In this document: piece after piece, positions 19,762-29,470 of the stretch
Numbering within the stretch: position 1 is the first letter of the stretch
How the letters are laid out: each line of letters begins with the position of its first letter
NCBI GenBank assembly: GCA_963845145.1
Contig: CAWJQU010000005.1
Coordinates: 416,001-480,000 of the forward strand
DNA length: 64,000 nucleotides
Source: an uncultured delta proteobacterium
Lineage (GTDB): Bacteria > Desulfobacterota > Desulfobacteria > Desulfobacterales > QNYZ01
Direction: 5' to 3'
Position numbers and translations under genes: made by a program
The notes under the pieces: generated by a model
What the model saw: only the letters and a program-made list of their open reading frames with translations
The model's database searches: none
Told to the model about the DNA's origin: nothing

Positions 19762-19817
19762 CTTCTTCTCCTCACCTGATATTCAAACAACATATTCTGC
19801 ATTTTCCCTTTTCATCT

Positions 19818-20474
19818 TTAATGTATCTTCTGGAGCAATATGACATCATTTGAAATTAAGTATAGCTTAGCATTATACCGCTGGGCGATGTATTCAAACG
19901 TGGCCCGACGATAAAAGCACACATGGGTCATATCCCGAATATAATGCCATCGACTGAAAGCGTTTAGGTCAATCACCCGCTTAGTCATAATACCCAGCCA
20001 ACCGCCCGGTTTTAACATTTTAAATAAGTCTGTGAAATCTTTATAGGGAGTGTGCAAATGCTCTACGACTTCAGTGGCACAGATGAAATCATATTTTTTA
20101 AAAAACACAGACGGGTGATCGAAGTAAAAGGGGTCGTAGAGATCCACCTGGTGACCTTGTTTTTCTAATATAATCGAGATGGTTGGGCCTGGGCCGCAAC
20201 CAAAATCCAACCCCTTTTGTTTTGGCGCCAGCTTATCCAAAAGGGGGTTACTTAATCGAGACAGAAAATGACGATAGCCTTCATCCTCGGGATTATTTCT
20301 ATGTAAATCATACGTTGCCTTTTCATCCTCGGCACTTAGCCGGAATTGCGTGGGGACAAAGATCAGCATGCAATGAAAACAACGTAAGTAATTCCTTCTT
20401 TCATCCATAAAAAATAAACCTACGTCTTCACTTCTACACAAAGGACAATAGGACTTATCGCGTTTGATTTTCAC
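19818..20474 (-). CDS. class I SAM methyltransferase with N-terminal Zn ribbon
   Basis: CPLC..CFHC; LDFGCGPG; EVVEH; WHYIRDMTHV. Confidence 0.87.
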   Translation of the reverse strand: MKIKRDKSYCPLCRSEDVGLFFMDERRNYLRCFHCMLIFVPTQFRLSAEDEKATYDLHRNNPEDEGYRHFLSRLSNPLLDKLAPKQKGLDFGCGPGPTISIILEKQGHQVDLYDPFYFDHPSVFFKKYDFICATEVVEHLHTPYKDFTDLFKMLKPGGWLGIMTKRVIDLNAFSRWHYIRDMTHVCFYRRATFEYIAQRYNAKLYLISNDVILLQKIH

Positions 20475-20510
20475 TGATCTTGGGTAATTAATTTTGGTAT
20501 AGAGGTTATT

Positions 20511-20693
20511 GTGTTTCCAAATATATGCAGAGATGGTGGAAACCCAGATATTGCCAGCCTTGATATGAGCTTCCGGGATTTTGTGGACCGACTAAGAAAT
20601 GCGCAAACAGCCATCATGCCTGAGTTTAAGGAAGATAGGGTCTCTAAACAGCATGCCGCGGATATTCTTGTTTTTTTACAAACCCTTAAATAA
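20511..20693 (+). pseudogene. possible C-terminal fragment of a small cytochrome c
   Basis: ..IMPEF....VSKQHAADILVFLQTL resembles a class I cytochrome c C-terminus; no intact CxxCH. Confidence 0.3.
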
Positions 20694-20721
20694 AAAAGAT
20701 TTAAAGGCCATCATGTTTGAT

Positions 20722-21990
20722 TCAGGGCGCTGAAGCCGAACGTCCAAACGCTTTTTTCGCCAGTGTCCGGTTTCGGGGCCGGAAGGTATCGTCCGCCATC
20801 TCTTTTCGAATCACCTGTTGAAACAACTTGAACATTTTTACTTCCTGGGATTCATCGGTATAGAAAGTATCCCAGGCGTATTGGAGCAATTCTTGTAATT
20901 TTTCCGGCGTCATCTGTTTGGGTTGGTAAACGACCTTGTCGGCGGAGTAGTCGTTCCAATCAAAGGAGAAAATCCGATTCGCCTTTTTATAGTCTTCGTA
21001 TACCCGTGTGTGTGGAAAAGGTGTCAGGACAGTGAACTCGGCCAGATCCAGGTCGATTTCCAATAAAAAATCAATCAAACGACGAATGTCGTCCTCGGTG
21101 TGCTCATCCAGGCCCAATAAAATTGTGCCCTCCACGGCGATACCGTGGTCATGGTAACGCTTGATTCGCTCCCGAATATAGTCCGAGGTGTCAAAGACGG
21201 CCTGATAAACATACCAGGCCCCTGCCTGGGCCGCCAGATCAAGCACTTCGGGATCATCTTCAATGGGGTGGCTGCACCATTTCTTTTTAAGGGGAATCAT
21301 CTCCCGAAACAGATCCTTTTCCCATTGGGTATCCTGGGCCAGGGAGTTGTCGACAACAAAGAGACGATTGTTGTCGATGCCGGCCATTTCTGCGACGGCT
21401 TTGTCGATGGGGCGCGGTCGAAATTGGCGACCACCCAGATAGGAAACAGCGCACGGGTAACAATTGTACCGGCAGCCCCGGGAGGCGTGAACCAAGTCCA
21501 CCATCTGGACGCCTCGATAATTGTACAGATCGCGATTGAGAATCTCCCGGCGGGCCGCTCCCACGGTTTCAATGGGAGGGCGGTCTTCCATATAATCGTA
21601 AACTTTTTTGAGTTCCCCATTAGCAAAATCGGCCAATATACGACCCATACGCCCTTCGGCCTCTCCCAGAAAAACCGCATCCGCATGGGTCGCCGTCTCT
21701 TCGGCATGCAACATGGTGGCAATGCCGCCGAAAATAACCTGGACGCCCTTTTTGCGGTATTTATCGGCAATCTCCCAGCCCCGTTTCACCTGCACGGTCA
21801 GCATCATGGAAATCCCAACCAAATCCACGGGATCATCAAAATCGATGGATTCCACGTTTTCATCGATGAAAGTCACCGCCACCTCATCAGGAAGGGCTGC
21901 AGCGAATACCACGGGGCCGTGGGGCGGTAAATGAAACTCGGTCTGACGGTCGAGTTTGGGCCATTTGGGATATATAAGTTTAAATTTCAT
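20722..21990 (-). CDS. B12-binding domain radical SAM protein
   Basis: IDENVE, DLVGIS, FGGIAT, LGEAE, SRGCRYNCYPC, DNS, LTPFPHT. Confidence 0.9.
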   Translation of the reverse strand: MKFKLIYPKWPKLDRQTEFHLPPHGPVVFAAALPDEVAVTFIDENVESIDFDDPVDLVGISMMLTVQVKRGWEIADKYRKKGVQVIFGGIATMLHAEETATHADAVFLGEAEGRMGRILADFANGELKKVYDYMEDRPPIETVGAARREILNRDLYNYRGVQMVDLVHASRGCRYNCYPCAVSYLGGRQFRPRPIDKAVAEMAGIDNNRLFVVDNSLAQDTQWEKDLFREMIPLKKKWCSHPIEDDPEVLDLAAQAGAWYVYQAVFDTSDYIRERIKRYHDHGIAVEGTILLGLDEHTEDDIRRLIDFLLEIDLDLAEFTVLTPFPHTRVYEDYKKANRIFSFDWNDYSADKVVYQPKQMTPEKLQELLQYAWDTFYTDESQEVKMFKLFQQVIRKEMADDTFRPRNRTLAKKAFGRSASAP

Positions 21991-22291
21991 TGTAAATCAG
22001 TCGCCTCGTTGTGAAAGATTTAACCGCGAAAATCGAGCGGTTGGCGGGTTTGCCTTGGCTCATTAATACGAATGATAGCCGGCCGGGTCAAGCCATTTAG
22101 TCGGTTTACCCGTTGGCCTGAGTCACACCCCGCTTGGCGCGGCAGGAACCGGCAAACCGGCTATCCGGCCAACCAGACCAATCTCAAGCATTGATTTTTT
22201 CCAAGAATTCTGATCTATATACTCACTTTTCATTTCGTTGGTACGATACAAAACGCATGCGAAAACTCAAATTAAACGCATCGAAAACATC

Positions 22292-23215
22292 ATGAAAAAT
22301 ATTCTGGTCATTTACTATTCACAATCGGGCCAGCTAAAAGAGATTCTGGACTCGCTTTTGGCCCCGATCATAAAAAATGACGGAATTGAAATCACTTTTG
22401 AAGAGATTTTACCCGACCCGCCCTACCCGTTTCCGTGGACCTCCCGAACTTTTTGTGACGCATTTCCGGAATCTTTTCAGGAAATCCCATGTGATATTAA
22501 GCCCTTGAAAGCGGATCCGGATAAACCGTACGACCTGGTGATCTTGGCCTACACGGTCTGGTATCTGGCACCGGCCATACCGATCAGCGCTTTTTTGCAA
22601 TCAGATGATGCCCGCCACCTGATTAAGGATCGACCCGTCGTGACGGTGATTGGATGCCGCAATATGTGGCTTTTGACTCAGGAAAAAATAAAAAAACGGA
22701 TATTCACCTTGGGCGGGCGATTGGCGGGAAATATCGTTTTTACCGATCGCACCCCCAACCTGATCGGGGTCGCTACCATCGCACACTGGATGTTCAGCGG
22801 TCGCAAGGACCGGTTATGGAAAATCATGCCCAAGCCCGGCGTCTCAACCAAAGATATTCGCAATGCCGGCCGGTTCGGCCTGTTTCTTAAAGAGGCGATC
22901 GCCAACGTGCCCTTTCAATTGGATCAAACACAGTTGAATCAACTGGGTGCCACGCGCGTCGTCCCTGCTTATATTCTTTTTGAACAACGCATTCAGAAAA
23001 TTTTTAGCATCTGGTCTAAATTTATTCGTCAGAAAGGTGGCCCCGGCAGCCCGTTGCGGAAAAAACGGGTTCGGGCATTTTACTACTATCTTTGGGTCGC
23101 GATATTTGTTCTGGCCCCGCTGGCCACGGTGCTGTCATTTGCCGTTCGGCTGCTAAAAAAAGATAAAATCCAAAGCGCTGTCGATTATTATTCACAAAAT
23201 AAGCTCAAAGCCTGA
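22292..23215 (+). CDS. darA: dialkylresorcinol condensing/aromatising enzyme DarA
   Basis: ILVIYYSQSGQL, YPFPW..F.DAFPES, YTVWYLAP, CRNMW; directly upstream of darB. Confidence 0.88.
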   Translation: MKNILVIYYSQSGQLKEILDSLLAPIIKNDGIEITFEEILPDPPYPFPWTSRTFCDAFPESFQEIPCDIKPLKADPDKPYDLVILAYTVWYLAPAIPISAFLQSDDARHLIKDRPVVTVIGCRNMWLLTQEKIKKRIFTLGGRLAGNIVFTDRTPNLIGVATIAHWMFSGRKDRLWKIMPKPGVSTKDIRNAGRFGLFLKEAIANVPFQLDQTQLNQLGATRVVPAYILFEQRIQKIFSIWSKFIRQKGGPGSPLRKKRVRAFYYYLWVAIFVLAPLATVLSFAVRLLKKDKIQSAVDYYSQNKLKA

Positions 23216-23308
23216 CCCATGGTGCAAAGGCCCCGGGAAAGAACCAGGAAAAAACCATATAATTCAACTTATTAATCCACTTTTAAACCGCAATGGACAA
23301 AATAAATA

Positions 23309-24472
23309 ATGAGTAAAAGCGTTTACATCAACGATTTAGCGGCCTTCCTGCCCAACGCGCCGGTCACCAATGAGACCATTGAAGAGGTGCTGGGAAAGGC
23401 CAACGATCTCCCTTCGCGAACCAAAAGGGTCATGCTTCGCAACAATAAAATCAAAACCCGCCACTATGCCATTGACCTGGATACCGGCCGATTAACACAC
23501 ACCAATGCCCAGATGAGCGCCGAGGCCATCCGGGGCCTTTCACCTTACGAATCATTTAAGCTCAATGATATCCAGTGCTTAAGTTGTGGCACCACCACAC
23601 CGGACCTGTTGATGCCCGGACATGCCCTGATGGTATTGGGTGAGCTGGGCATCCCCGAATGCGAAGCCGTGACGACCTCCGGGATCTGTATATCGGGAAT
23701 GACGGCCTTTAAATTTGCCTATTTAAATATTGCGGCCGGGTGCTCTCAAAACGCCGTTGCCTGCGGATCGGATTCGGCTTCATCCTATTTACGCGCACGT
23801 TTTTTTTCATCAGCACAAACCAAGAGTATCGGTAAGGATATCGATTTGGAAAAAAAACCGATCCGTGCCTTTGATGCCGAATTTTTAAGATGGATGCTAT
23901 CAGACGGCGCCGGGGCCGCTTTTCTCTCCAGCCAAAAAAACAAAAAAGGCCCATCCCTTCGTATCGACTGGGTCGAGAACACTTCTTATGCCGGACAATT
24001 TGAGACCTGCATGTATGCCGGTGGCTTTAAACAACCGGACGGCCGCATGGTGGGATGGCGGGAAGTGGAAGATTACGACCCGGCCAAAGAAGCGTCCAGG
24101 TTTCTAATTCGGCAGGATACCAAACTGCTGGAAAAAGAGATTGTTCGCACGGCCATCGATTTCGCCCTGGCTTCGGCCATCAAAAAACATGGACTAACGC
24201 CAGATGATTTCGACTGGTATTTACCACATTACTCTTCCAACTTTTTCCGCGATAAATTCTACCAGGCCATGAAGCGAATCGGGTTTGAAATTCCCTATGA
24301 CAAATGGTTTACCAACTTGCCCGAAAAAGGCAATACCGGAAGCGCCTCCATCTACATTATCATGGAACAATTGTTCAAGTCCGGAGAATTGAAAACAGGC
24401 CAAAAGCTTCTCTGCTTTATTCCCGAAAGCGGCCGGTTTTCCCATGTGTTCATGCAGCTGACCGTGGTATAG
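23309..24472 (+). CDS. darB: DarB/StlD-type FabH-like ketosynthase
   Basis: AFLPNAPV, GIC active site, FLRWMLSDGAGA, ETCMYAG, PHYSS, GNTGSAS, PESGRFS. Confidence 0.92.
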   Translation: MSKSVYINDLAAFLPNAPVTNETIEEVLGKANDLPSRTKRVMLRNNKIKTRHYAIDLDTGRLTHTNAQMSAEAIRGLSPYESFKLNDIQCLSCGTTTPDLLMPGHALMVLGELGIPECEAVTTSGICISGMTAFKFAYLNIAAGCSQNAVACGSDSASSYLRARFFSSAQTKSIGKDIDLEKKPIRAFDAEFLRWMLSDGAGAAFLSSQKNKKGPSLRIDWVENTSYAGQFETCMYAGGFKQPDGRMVGWREVEDYDPAKEASRFLIRQDTKLLEKEIVRTAIDFALASAIKKHGLTPDDFDWYLPHYSSNFFRDKFYQAMKRIGFEIPYDKWFTNLPEKGNTGSASIYIIMEQLFKSGELKTGQKLLCFIPESGRFSHVFMQLTVV

Positions 24473-24529
24473 CCCGACTGAAGTAAGGCTGGCTATGGTC
24501 CAGTGATGCGTATCGCCGGCCCGAAGGAA

Positions 24530-25882
24530 TCAATTCCCGCTGGATTCCAAACGACGAAAGAAAAACAGCCAGGAAACAACCAGGCAGGTAGCACAAAAAA
24601 CCAATAAAAAAAACGCCCAGGGCAGGACGACGCGGGCGCTCCCCTCACGAACAAACAGATCCAAAAATCCATTGAGTCCCCAGGCCAAAGGCGACAAATG
24701 ACTCAATGCCTGCATAAAGGTCGGCATGGCATAAACCGGCACCATGATGCCACCGATGGCCGCGGCAATAACAATCGTGATTGGCCCCAGCATGGACACC
24801 TGCTCATAAGTGCTGCCCAATGTCCCCAATAAAACGCCATAACCGGCCGCGGCCAGAATCGAGCTGAATGCCATCAATAATATGCCGACCGGACTTGCGC
24901 CCATGTCCAAAACCGGTGTTCCCAAAATGGGCAGGACAAACCGGCCAATCAAACCAATTAACACCAATTGCGCCAGGCCCACCACCATATAAGCGGTCAT
25001 TTTCCCCGCCAAAAGCGCCATCGGCGAGACCGGGAATGAAAGCAGGCGCCGATAGGTGCCGTTTTTGCGTTCCTTGATTAATGACCCGGCGATGGGCACG
25101 GCAATAAAAAAAATACCGAAAAGCGCCCAGGCCGGAACGTTTTGCTGAACCGAAGTGGGCCGCACGTGCAATCCGGATTCGGCCGGGTTGATTTCCGTGA
25201 CCTCCAGGAGTCGGGTATCGCTCAATTTGAAATCAAAGGCCGGCAGTTCGTCGATCAATCCCTCGCTTACCATGGCGCCCAATTGCGCCTCGATATGCTT
25301 TTCGAGATGATGGGGCAGTTGATCTGAAAGGGCTTTTAGCTGCGCTTTAATTTCGATACCCAAAAGAACGGCGTTTAGCGCATTACCAATGGCCGACCGA
25401 ACCCCGCCCATGACGGTGGGGTCAAAATAGATCTCAATCGGCGGCGAGGGGTTGGGTTCATTTTGATCAACCCGGTCACTTTCACTTTCCATCAGGCGCT
25501 TGATCGACTGGCCGGCCCGCCGTTGGAGGGAATCGGTCAGGCCTGCCGGAATAATGATCCCCACCTGAAAATCGCCCCGAAGAACCAGCGATCGGACGCC
25601 GGTTGAATCCACAGGCTGCCCCACTTCGACCGTGGCCAGGGTTAATGCCCCGGTATCACCCAGTTTATTTTTCACCTCTTTACCGACCATTTGCCGATCA
25701 TGGTCGACATATAAAACAGAGATCTCGCTCTCACCGACCGTTTTTAGGACATTCTCCTGAACCAGCGTGATCACCAGCACCAGGGCCGCGGGCATCACAA
25801 ACAAAACGAGAAGGCCGGATTTGTCGCGCCAAAGCAGTGTCAATTCATTGATGATAACGGCAATTAATTTAAACATGGGCAT
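24530..25882 (-). CDS. ABC-2 type transporter permease
   Basis: LLVLFVMP, SVQQNVPAWALFGIFF, IGGIMVP, SPLAWGL. Confidence 0.9.
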   Translation of the reverse strand: MPMFKLIAVIINELTLLWRDKSGLLVLFVMPAALVLVITLVQENVLKTVGESEISVLYVDHDRQMVGKEVKNKLGDTGALTLATVEVGQPVDSTGVRSLVLRGDFQVGIIIPAGLTDSLQRRAGQSIKRLMESESDRVDQNEPNPSPPIEIYFDPTVMGGVRSAIGNALNAVLLGIEIKAQLKALSDQLPHHLEKHIEAQLGAMVSEGLIDELPAFDFKLSDTRLLEVTEINPAESGLHVRPTSVQQNVPAWALFGIFFIAVPIAGSLIKERKNGTYRRLLSFPVSPMALLAGKMTAYMVVGLAQLVLIGLIGRFVLPILGTPVLDMGASPVGILLMAFSSILAAAGYGVLLGTLGSTYEQVSMLGPITIVIAAAIGGIMVPVYAMPTFMQALSHLSPLAWGLNGFLDLFVREGSARVVLPWAFFLLVFCATCLVVSWLFFFRRLESSGN

Positions 25883-26707
25883 CTAGTCACGTAGCTGTTT
25901 ACCCGTCAGTTTTAGGAACAATCCTTCCAGGTTATCACAGTCTGTGGTTTGCTTTATCAGGTCGGCCGGTGCCCCCACGGCAATAACCCGACCCGCATCG
26001 ATGATGGCAACCCTGTCACAGATGAGTTCGGCCTCCTCCATATAGTGGGTCGTATAAAGCATGGTCGTCTTTTTTTGCTTTAATACCTGTAACTGCTCCA
26101 TGATTAAATTGCGCGACTGCGCATCGATTCCCACGGTGGGTTCATCCAGAAAGAGAAGGCGCGGTTGGTGCAATATACCCACGGCCAGATTTAACCGCCT
26201 TTTCATGCCACCGGAGAAGGTATGCACCAGTTGCGTCACCTGATCCGATAAGCCTACCATCCGCAATGCCCGATCCATTCTTTTTTGCAGCACCCCTCCC
26301 CGCAGTGCATGCAACCGGCCGAAATAGATCAGATTCTCCCGGGCTGTGAGTGGTTCATACAAGGCGATATCCTGGGGAACCAGCCCAATGATTTTTCTTA
26401 CGCGCCGGGCGGATTCAAATGCATCGATGGAATCAATGACAACGCTCCCGCGGGATGGCGATAGAATCGTGCTCAAAATCGAAATGCACGTTGTTTTCCC
26501 GGCGCCGTTGGGGCCCAGCAAACCGAAAATTTCACCTTCATAAATCGTGATGTCGACATCGGTGAGCGCCGCCACGCGGCTATCGGCGTAGGTTTTACAC
26601 AAACCTTTGGCGATCAGGAGCGGCGTATGGGCCCCAGCATCAAAATTGGCATCAAAATCGGTATCAGAAGATGTCGTTGCGTTGACGATTGGTGGTCCGG
26701 AAGACAT
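25883..26707 (-). CDS. ABC transporter ATP-binding protein
   Basis: GPNGAGKTT, FSGGMKRR, LDEPTVGID, HYMEEA. Confidence 0.93.
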   Translation of the reverse strand: MSSGPPIVNATTSSDTDFDANFDAGAHTPLLIAKGLCKTYADSRVAALTDVDITIYEGEIFGLLGPNGAGKTTCISILSTILSPSRGSVVIDSIDAFESARRVRKIIGLVPQDIALYEPLTARENLIYFGRLHALRGGVLQKRMDRALRMVGLSDQVTQLVHTFSGGMKRRLNLAVGILHQPRLLFLDEPTVGIDAQSRNLIMEQLQVLKQKKTTMLYTTHYMEEAELICDRVAIIDAGRVIAVGAPADLIKQTTDCDNLEGLFLKLTGKQLRD

Positions 26708-26717
26708 GAGGCTCCCT

Positions 26718-27827
26718 TTATTCGGGATGAAGAATCATCCAACCGTAGGCCTTCCCGGCCCCAAGCTTCAAACAGCCGATCGGCACCGGTGCTGCTAATA
26801 ACGGGCCGGACTCAATTTCAGAATGCGCTTCGGGCCGGATTAAGGATAACCCGTTTATTCGATGCGTATCAATAGCCGCTGAACCAAATATTTTTCCGGT
26901 TTTATGACTTAAAGCAGCGATGGCGACTTCAAAACCGATACCAATGGGCACACCGCCAAAGATATGGCTATGAATGGATACCTTTGCATCCGGCGGCAGA
27001 TAATCGACATACATTGGATCACACTCACTATAGCTGTCCGTGCCGAGAAAGAAAACGGCTTCTGCGGGAAGCGCCACATTCAATGCCGGCCCATGGCCCA
27101 ATCGAACCGTCTTAAGAACACCGTAGGGGGTCGCCGGTTTTTCCTCGCGACTCAATACAAAAAAGCAAGCCCCTTCGCCAATGACATCGGTTTCCGCGGC
27201 GGGTTGATTTTTTTCATTCTGCTGCCGGCAATGCCAATAATAACCGAGGACTTTGCAGTACTCATCCACACCACCCACCAGAACGGTATCCACCCGATCT
27301 TCTTCCAACCACTGAACCGCCGTGGCAAAGGCAGAAGGGATCGACATATCGTAATGGCTCAGGGACAGATTGGGGCCCATTTTTTTAAGCGAAATGGAAA
27401 GATGCGACGCGGCGGCGTTATGGACCGAATTGGCAAAGACCGTGGGGGAGCCACACGGATCCGAAGCGTTGATTACCGAGTGCTGAAAGTCAAAGGTATT
27501 GCAGGTGGCACCATAACCGGTGGCCACGATTATCCCCGTTCTCCCGCTGTCGGACGTCTGAAAACCGGCATCTTCAAGGGCCGCATGGGCTGCCAGAAGG
27601 GCCATACGAATATAGTGCCCGGTCCGTCGAAGCTCCCGTTTGGGGACAAAATCTTCCAGATGGGTCGTCTCGGCCAATAGGGCCGGTACTTCGATGGGGC
27701 CGTTGGAAGTTTCCAGGGTGATGGCCTGAGGTGTCGGTGGGCAGTGGCACAAGGCGTTTTCCAGATCGGTCAAGCCATAGCCGAATCCCCCCACAACGCC
27801 GATACCCTTTATGGATACATTCATCAT
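26718..27827 (-). CDS. chain-length-factor-like KS subunit (no catalytic Cys)
   Basis: LRR, SPTVFANSVHNAAA, GPNLSLS, GGVDE, GEGA; ATGA-coupled to upstream KS. Confidence 0.8.
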   Translation of the reverse strand: MMNVSIKGIGVVGGFGYGLTDLENALCHCPPTPQAITLETSNGPIEVPALLAETTHLEDFVPKRELRRTGHYIRMALLAAHAALEDAGFQTSDSGRTGIIVATGYGATCNTFDFQHSVINASDPCGSPTVFANSVHNAAASHLSISLKKMGPNLSLSHYDMSIPSAFATAVQWLEEDRVDTVLVGGVDEYCKVLGYYWHCRQQNEKNQPAAETDVIGEGACFFVLSREEKPATPYGVLKTVRLGHGPALNVALPAEAVFFLGTDSYSECDPMYVDYLPPDAKVSIHSHIFGGVPIGIGFEVAIAALSHKTGKIFGSAAIDTHRINGLSLIRPEAHSEIESGPLLAAPVPIGCLKLGAGKAYGWMILHPE

Positions 27828-29026
27828 AGCGATGGACGGGTCCCCAGTATTAAAGCGGCGTTGTTGCCACCGAATGCCAGCGTTTGAGAAATGGCAATAT
27901 CCCCGCCGATAGCTGTATTTTCAGACACCGGTTGGGCGGGCAACTGGGTGTCAGGGGTATCATAACCGATGCTGGCCGGTAACATCCCTTTTTCCAGGCA
28001 TCCCAGTGAAAAAGCGGCTTCGATGGCACCCGAAGCCCCCAGAGTGTGCCCGGTAACACCCTTTGTCGATAAAAACGGAACGCCGGGGAGCAGGCTGTTT
28101 AAAACCGTGCTTTCGATTAAATCGTTGTCCATGGTACCCGTGCCGTGGGCATTGATAAACGCCACGTTCGTCCGGTCGACGCCGGCAGTTGCCATCGCTT
28201 CATCCAATGCGGCTTTCAAACCCAGGCCGTCCGGTCTTGGCTTGGTGAAATGATACGCATCGGCCGCCGAACCGTAACCCAGAATATATCCCCTGGGCGC
28301 CTTTTTATGCTGTTTCATCAATGCGTTGGACATCAAAACGAAAATGGCGGCCCCCTCACCGAGGTTGAGTCCCCGCCGATTTGCATCAAAGGGTTTACAC
28401 GGCGTCGTATCGTAAATCATCAGTGCTTTGAATCCGGCACAGGTCACCTGGTAAAGTTCGTCAGCGCCGCCGCAGATGGCGATATCGCATTCTCCCGAAC
28501 GAATCCATCCTGCGGCCAGGCCCAATGCATCGCACCCCGCGGAGCAGGCGTTAACCACAGTCTGGCTCGGCCCCGTGGTACCGTATTCCGCCACAATGCC
28601 GATCGTCGGGTTGCTGGTTATAAATCGCTGAATGGGCGGTAAGTATGGATCGCAGCCTTCGGTATTGTCCCGATAAAAAGCCTCGTTATTCATGGAGCTG
28701 CCCACGTTGGTGCCGATGCAGACGCCTACACGAAGGCGGCTTAGCTGATCGGTTGCAAACTCGGCATCACCCAGGGCCTGATGCGTGGCCGTCAATGCCA
28801 GTTGGCAGGTTCGCATGAGATGCTGTCGTTTAAAGGCTCCGGATGGAAAAAAATCATCGGTAATCTCAAACACCGGAAACCCGTAGTGCGCGTCAGCCCC
28901 AAACCGCTGCGGTGGTGCCGGGGCGCGCTTTCCTTCATAGAGCGATTGAAGGGAGTGCTCCAGATTCAGGCCGGCAGCGGACAGACAACCTATACCCGCA
29001 ATGGCCACCGGTGCGACCACTTTCAT
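27824..29026 (-). CDS. beta-ketoacyl synthase, catalytic triad intact
   Basis: NACSAG, NAHGTGT, GHTLG, AFGGNN. Confidence 0.92.
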   Translation of the reverse strand: MKVVAPVAIAGIGCLSAAGLNLEHSLQSLYEGKRAPAPPQRFGADAHYGFPVFEITDDFFPSGAFKRQHLMRTCQLALTATHQALGDAEFATDQLSRLRVGVCIGTNVGSSMNNEAFYRDNTEGCDPYLPPIQRFITSNPTIGIVAEYGTTGPSQTVVNACSAGCDALGLAAGWIRSGECDIAICGGADELYQVTCAGFKALMIYDTTPCKPFDANRRGLNLGEGAAIFVLMSNALMKQHKKAPRGYILGYGSAADAYHFTKPRPDGLGLKAALDEAMATAGVDRTNVAFINAHGTGTMDNDLIESTVLNSLLPGVPFLSTKGVTGHTLGASGAIEAAFSLGCLEKGMLPASIGYDTPDTQLPAQPVSENTAIGGDIAISQTLAFGGNNAALILGTRPSL

Positions 29027-29280
29027 GGTTTCCGCCGCGCTTCGATAAATGACGCCAGCGTGTTAATCGATTCCAATGCGGGGCGCCCCTCTTTCATATC
29101 CTTGATTTTAACGTCGAATTGTTTTTCAAGCTGAAACACCACTTCCACGGCGTCAATGGAATCCAAACCGAACTGGTCTCCAAATAAAAGATCGTCATCA
29201 CCGATATCCGCCGGCGTCAGATCTTCCAGGTGCAGTTCATCAATGATCATTCGCTTCAATTGTTCTTTTAACACTTTCAT
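29023..29280 (-). CDS. acyl carrier protein (DarC/flexirubin-type)
   Basis: LFGDQFGLDSIDAVE. Confidence 0.9.
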   Translation of the reverse strand: MKVLKEQLKRMIIDELHLEDLTPADIGDDDLLFGDQFGLDSIDAVEVVFQLEKQFDVKIKDMKEGRPALESINTLASFIEARRKP

Positions 29281-29317
29281 CCGCTGCAACCGCCGCTTTC
29301 CATCGTTTTATCCAGAC

Positions 29318-29459
29318 GAGCCAGTTTCAAAACGTCCCATTTTGTCCAATCTCTGCGTCAGGCTCAAATTTTAATCCTCGAAATACCCAATGTATTCCTG
29401 TGGTTAAAATTTTCGCCTTCCTTGACCTTGAACAAACTGAAACGTTTTGAAATTGGCTC
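29318..29459. mobile_element. 142-bp MITE-like element with 18-bp terminal inverted repeats
   Basis: GAGCCAGTTTCAAAACGT ... ACGTTTTGAAATTGGCTC (1 mismatch); non-coding. Confidence 0.8.
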
Positions 29460-29470
29460 AGGACGAATAG

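Noticed and set aside
22035..22180. Short CCGGC(A/T/C)A-type octamer repeats upstream of darA as riboswitch or array
   Set aside because: Only about 3 degenerate units; no cobalamin-riboswitch consensus recognised.
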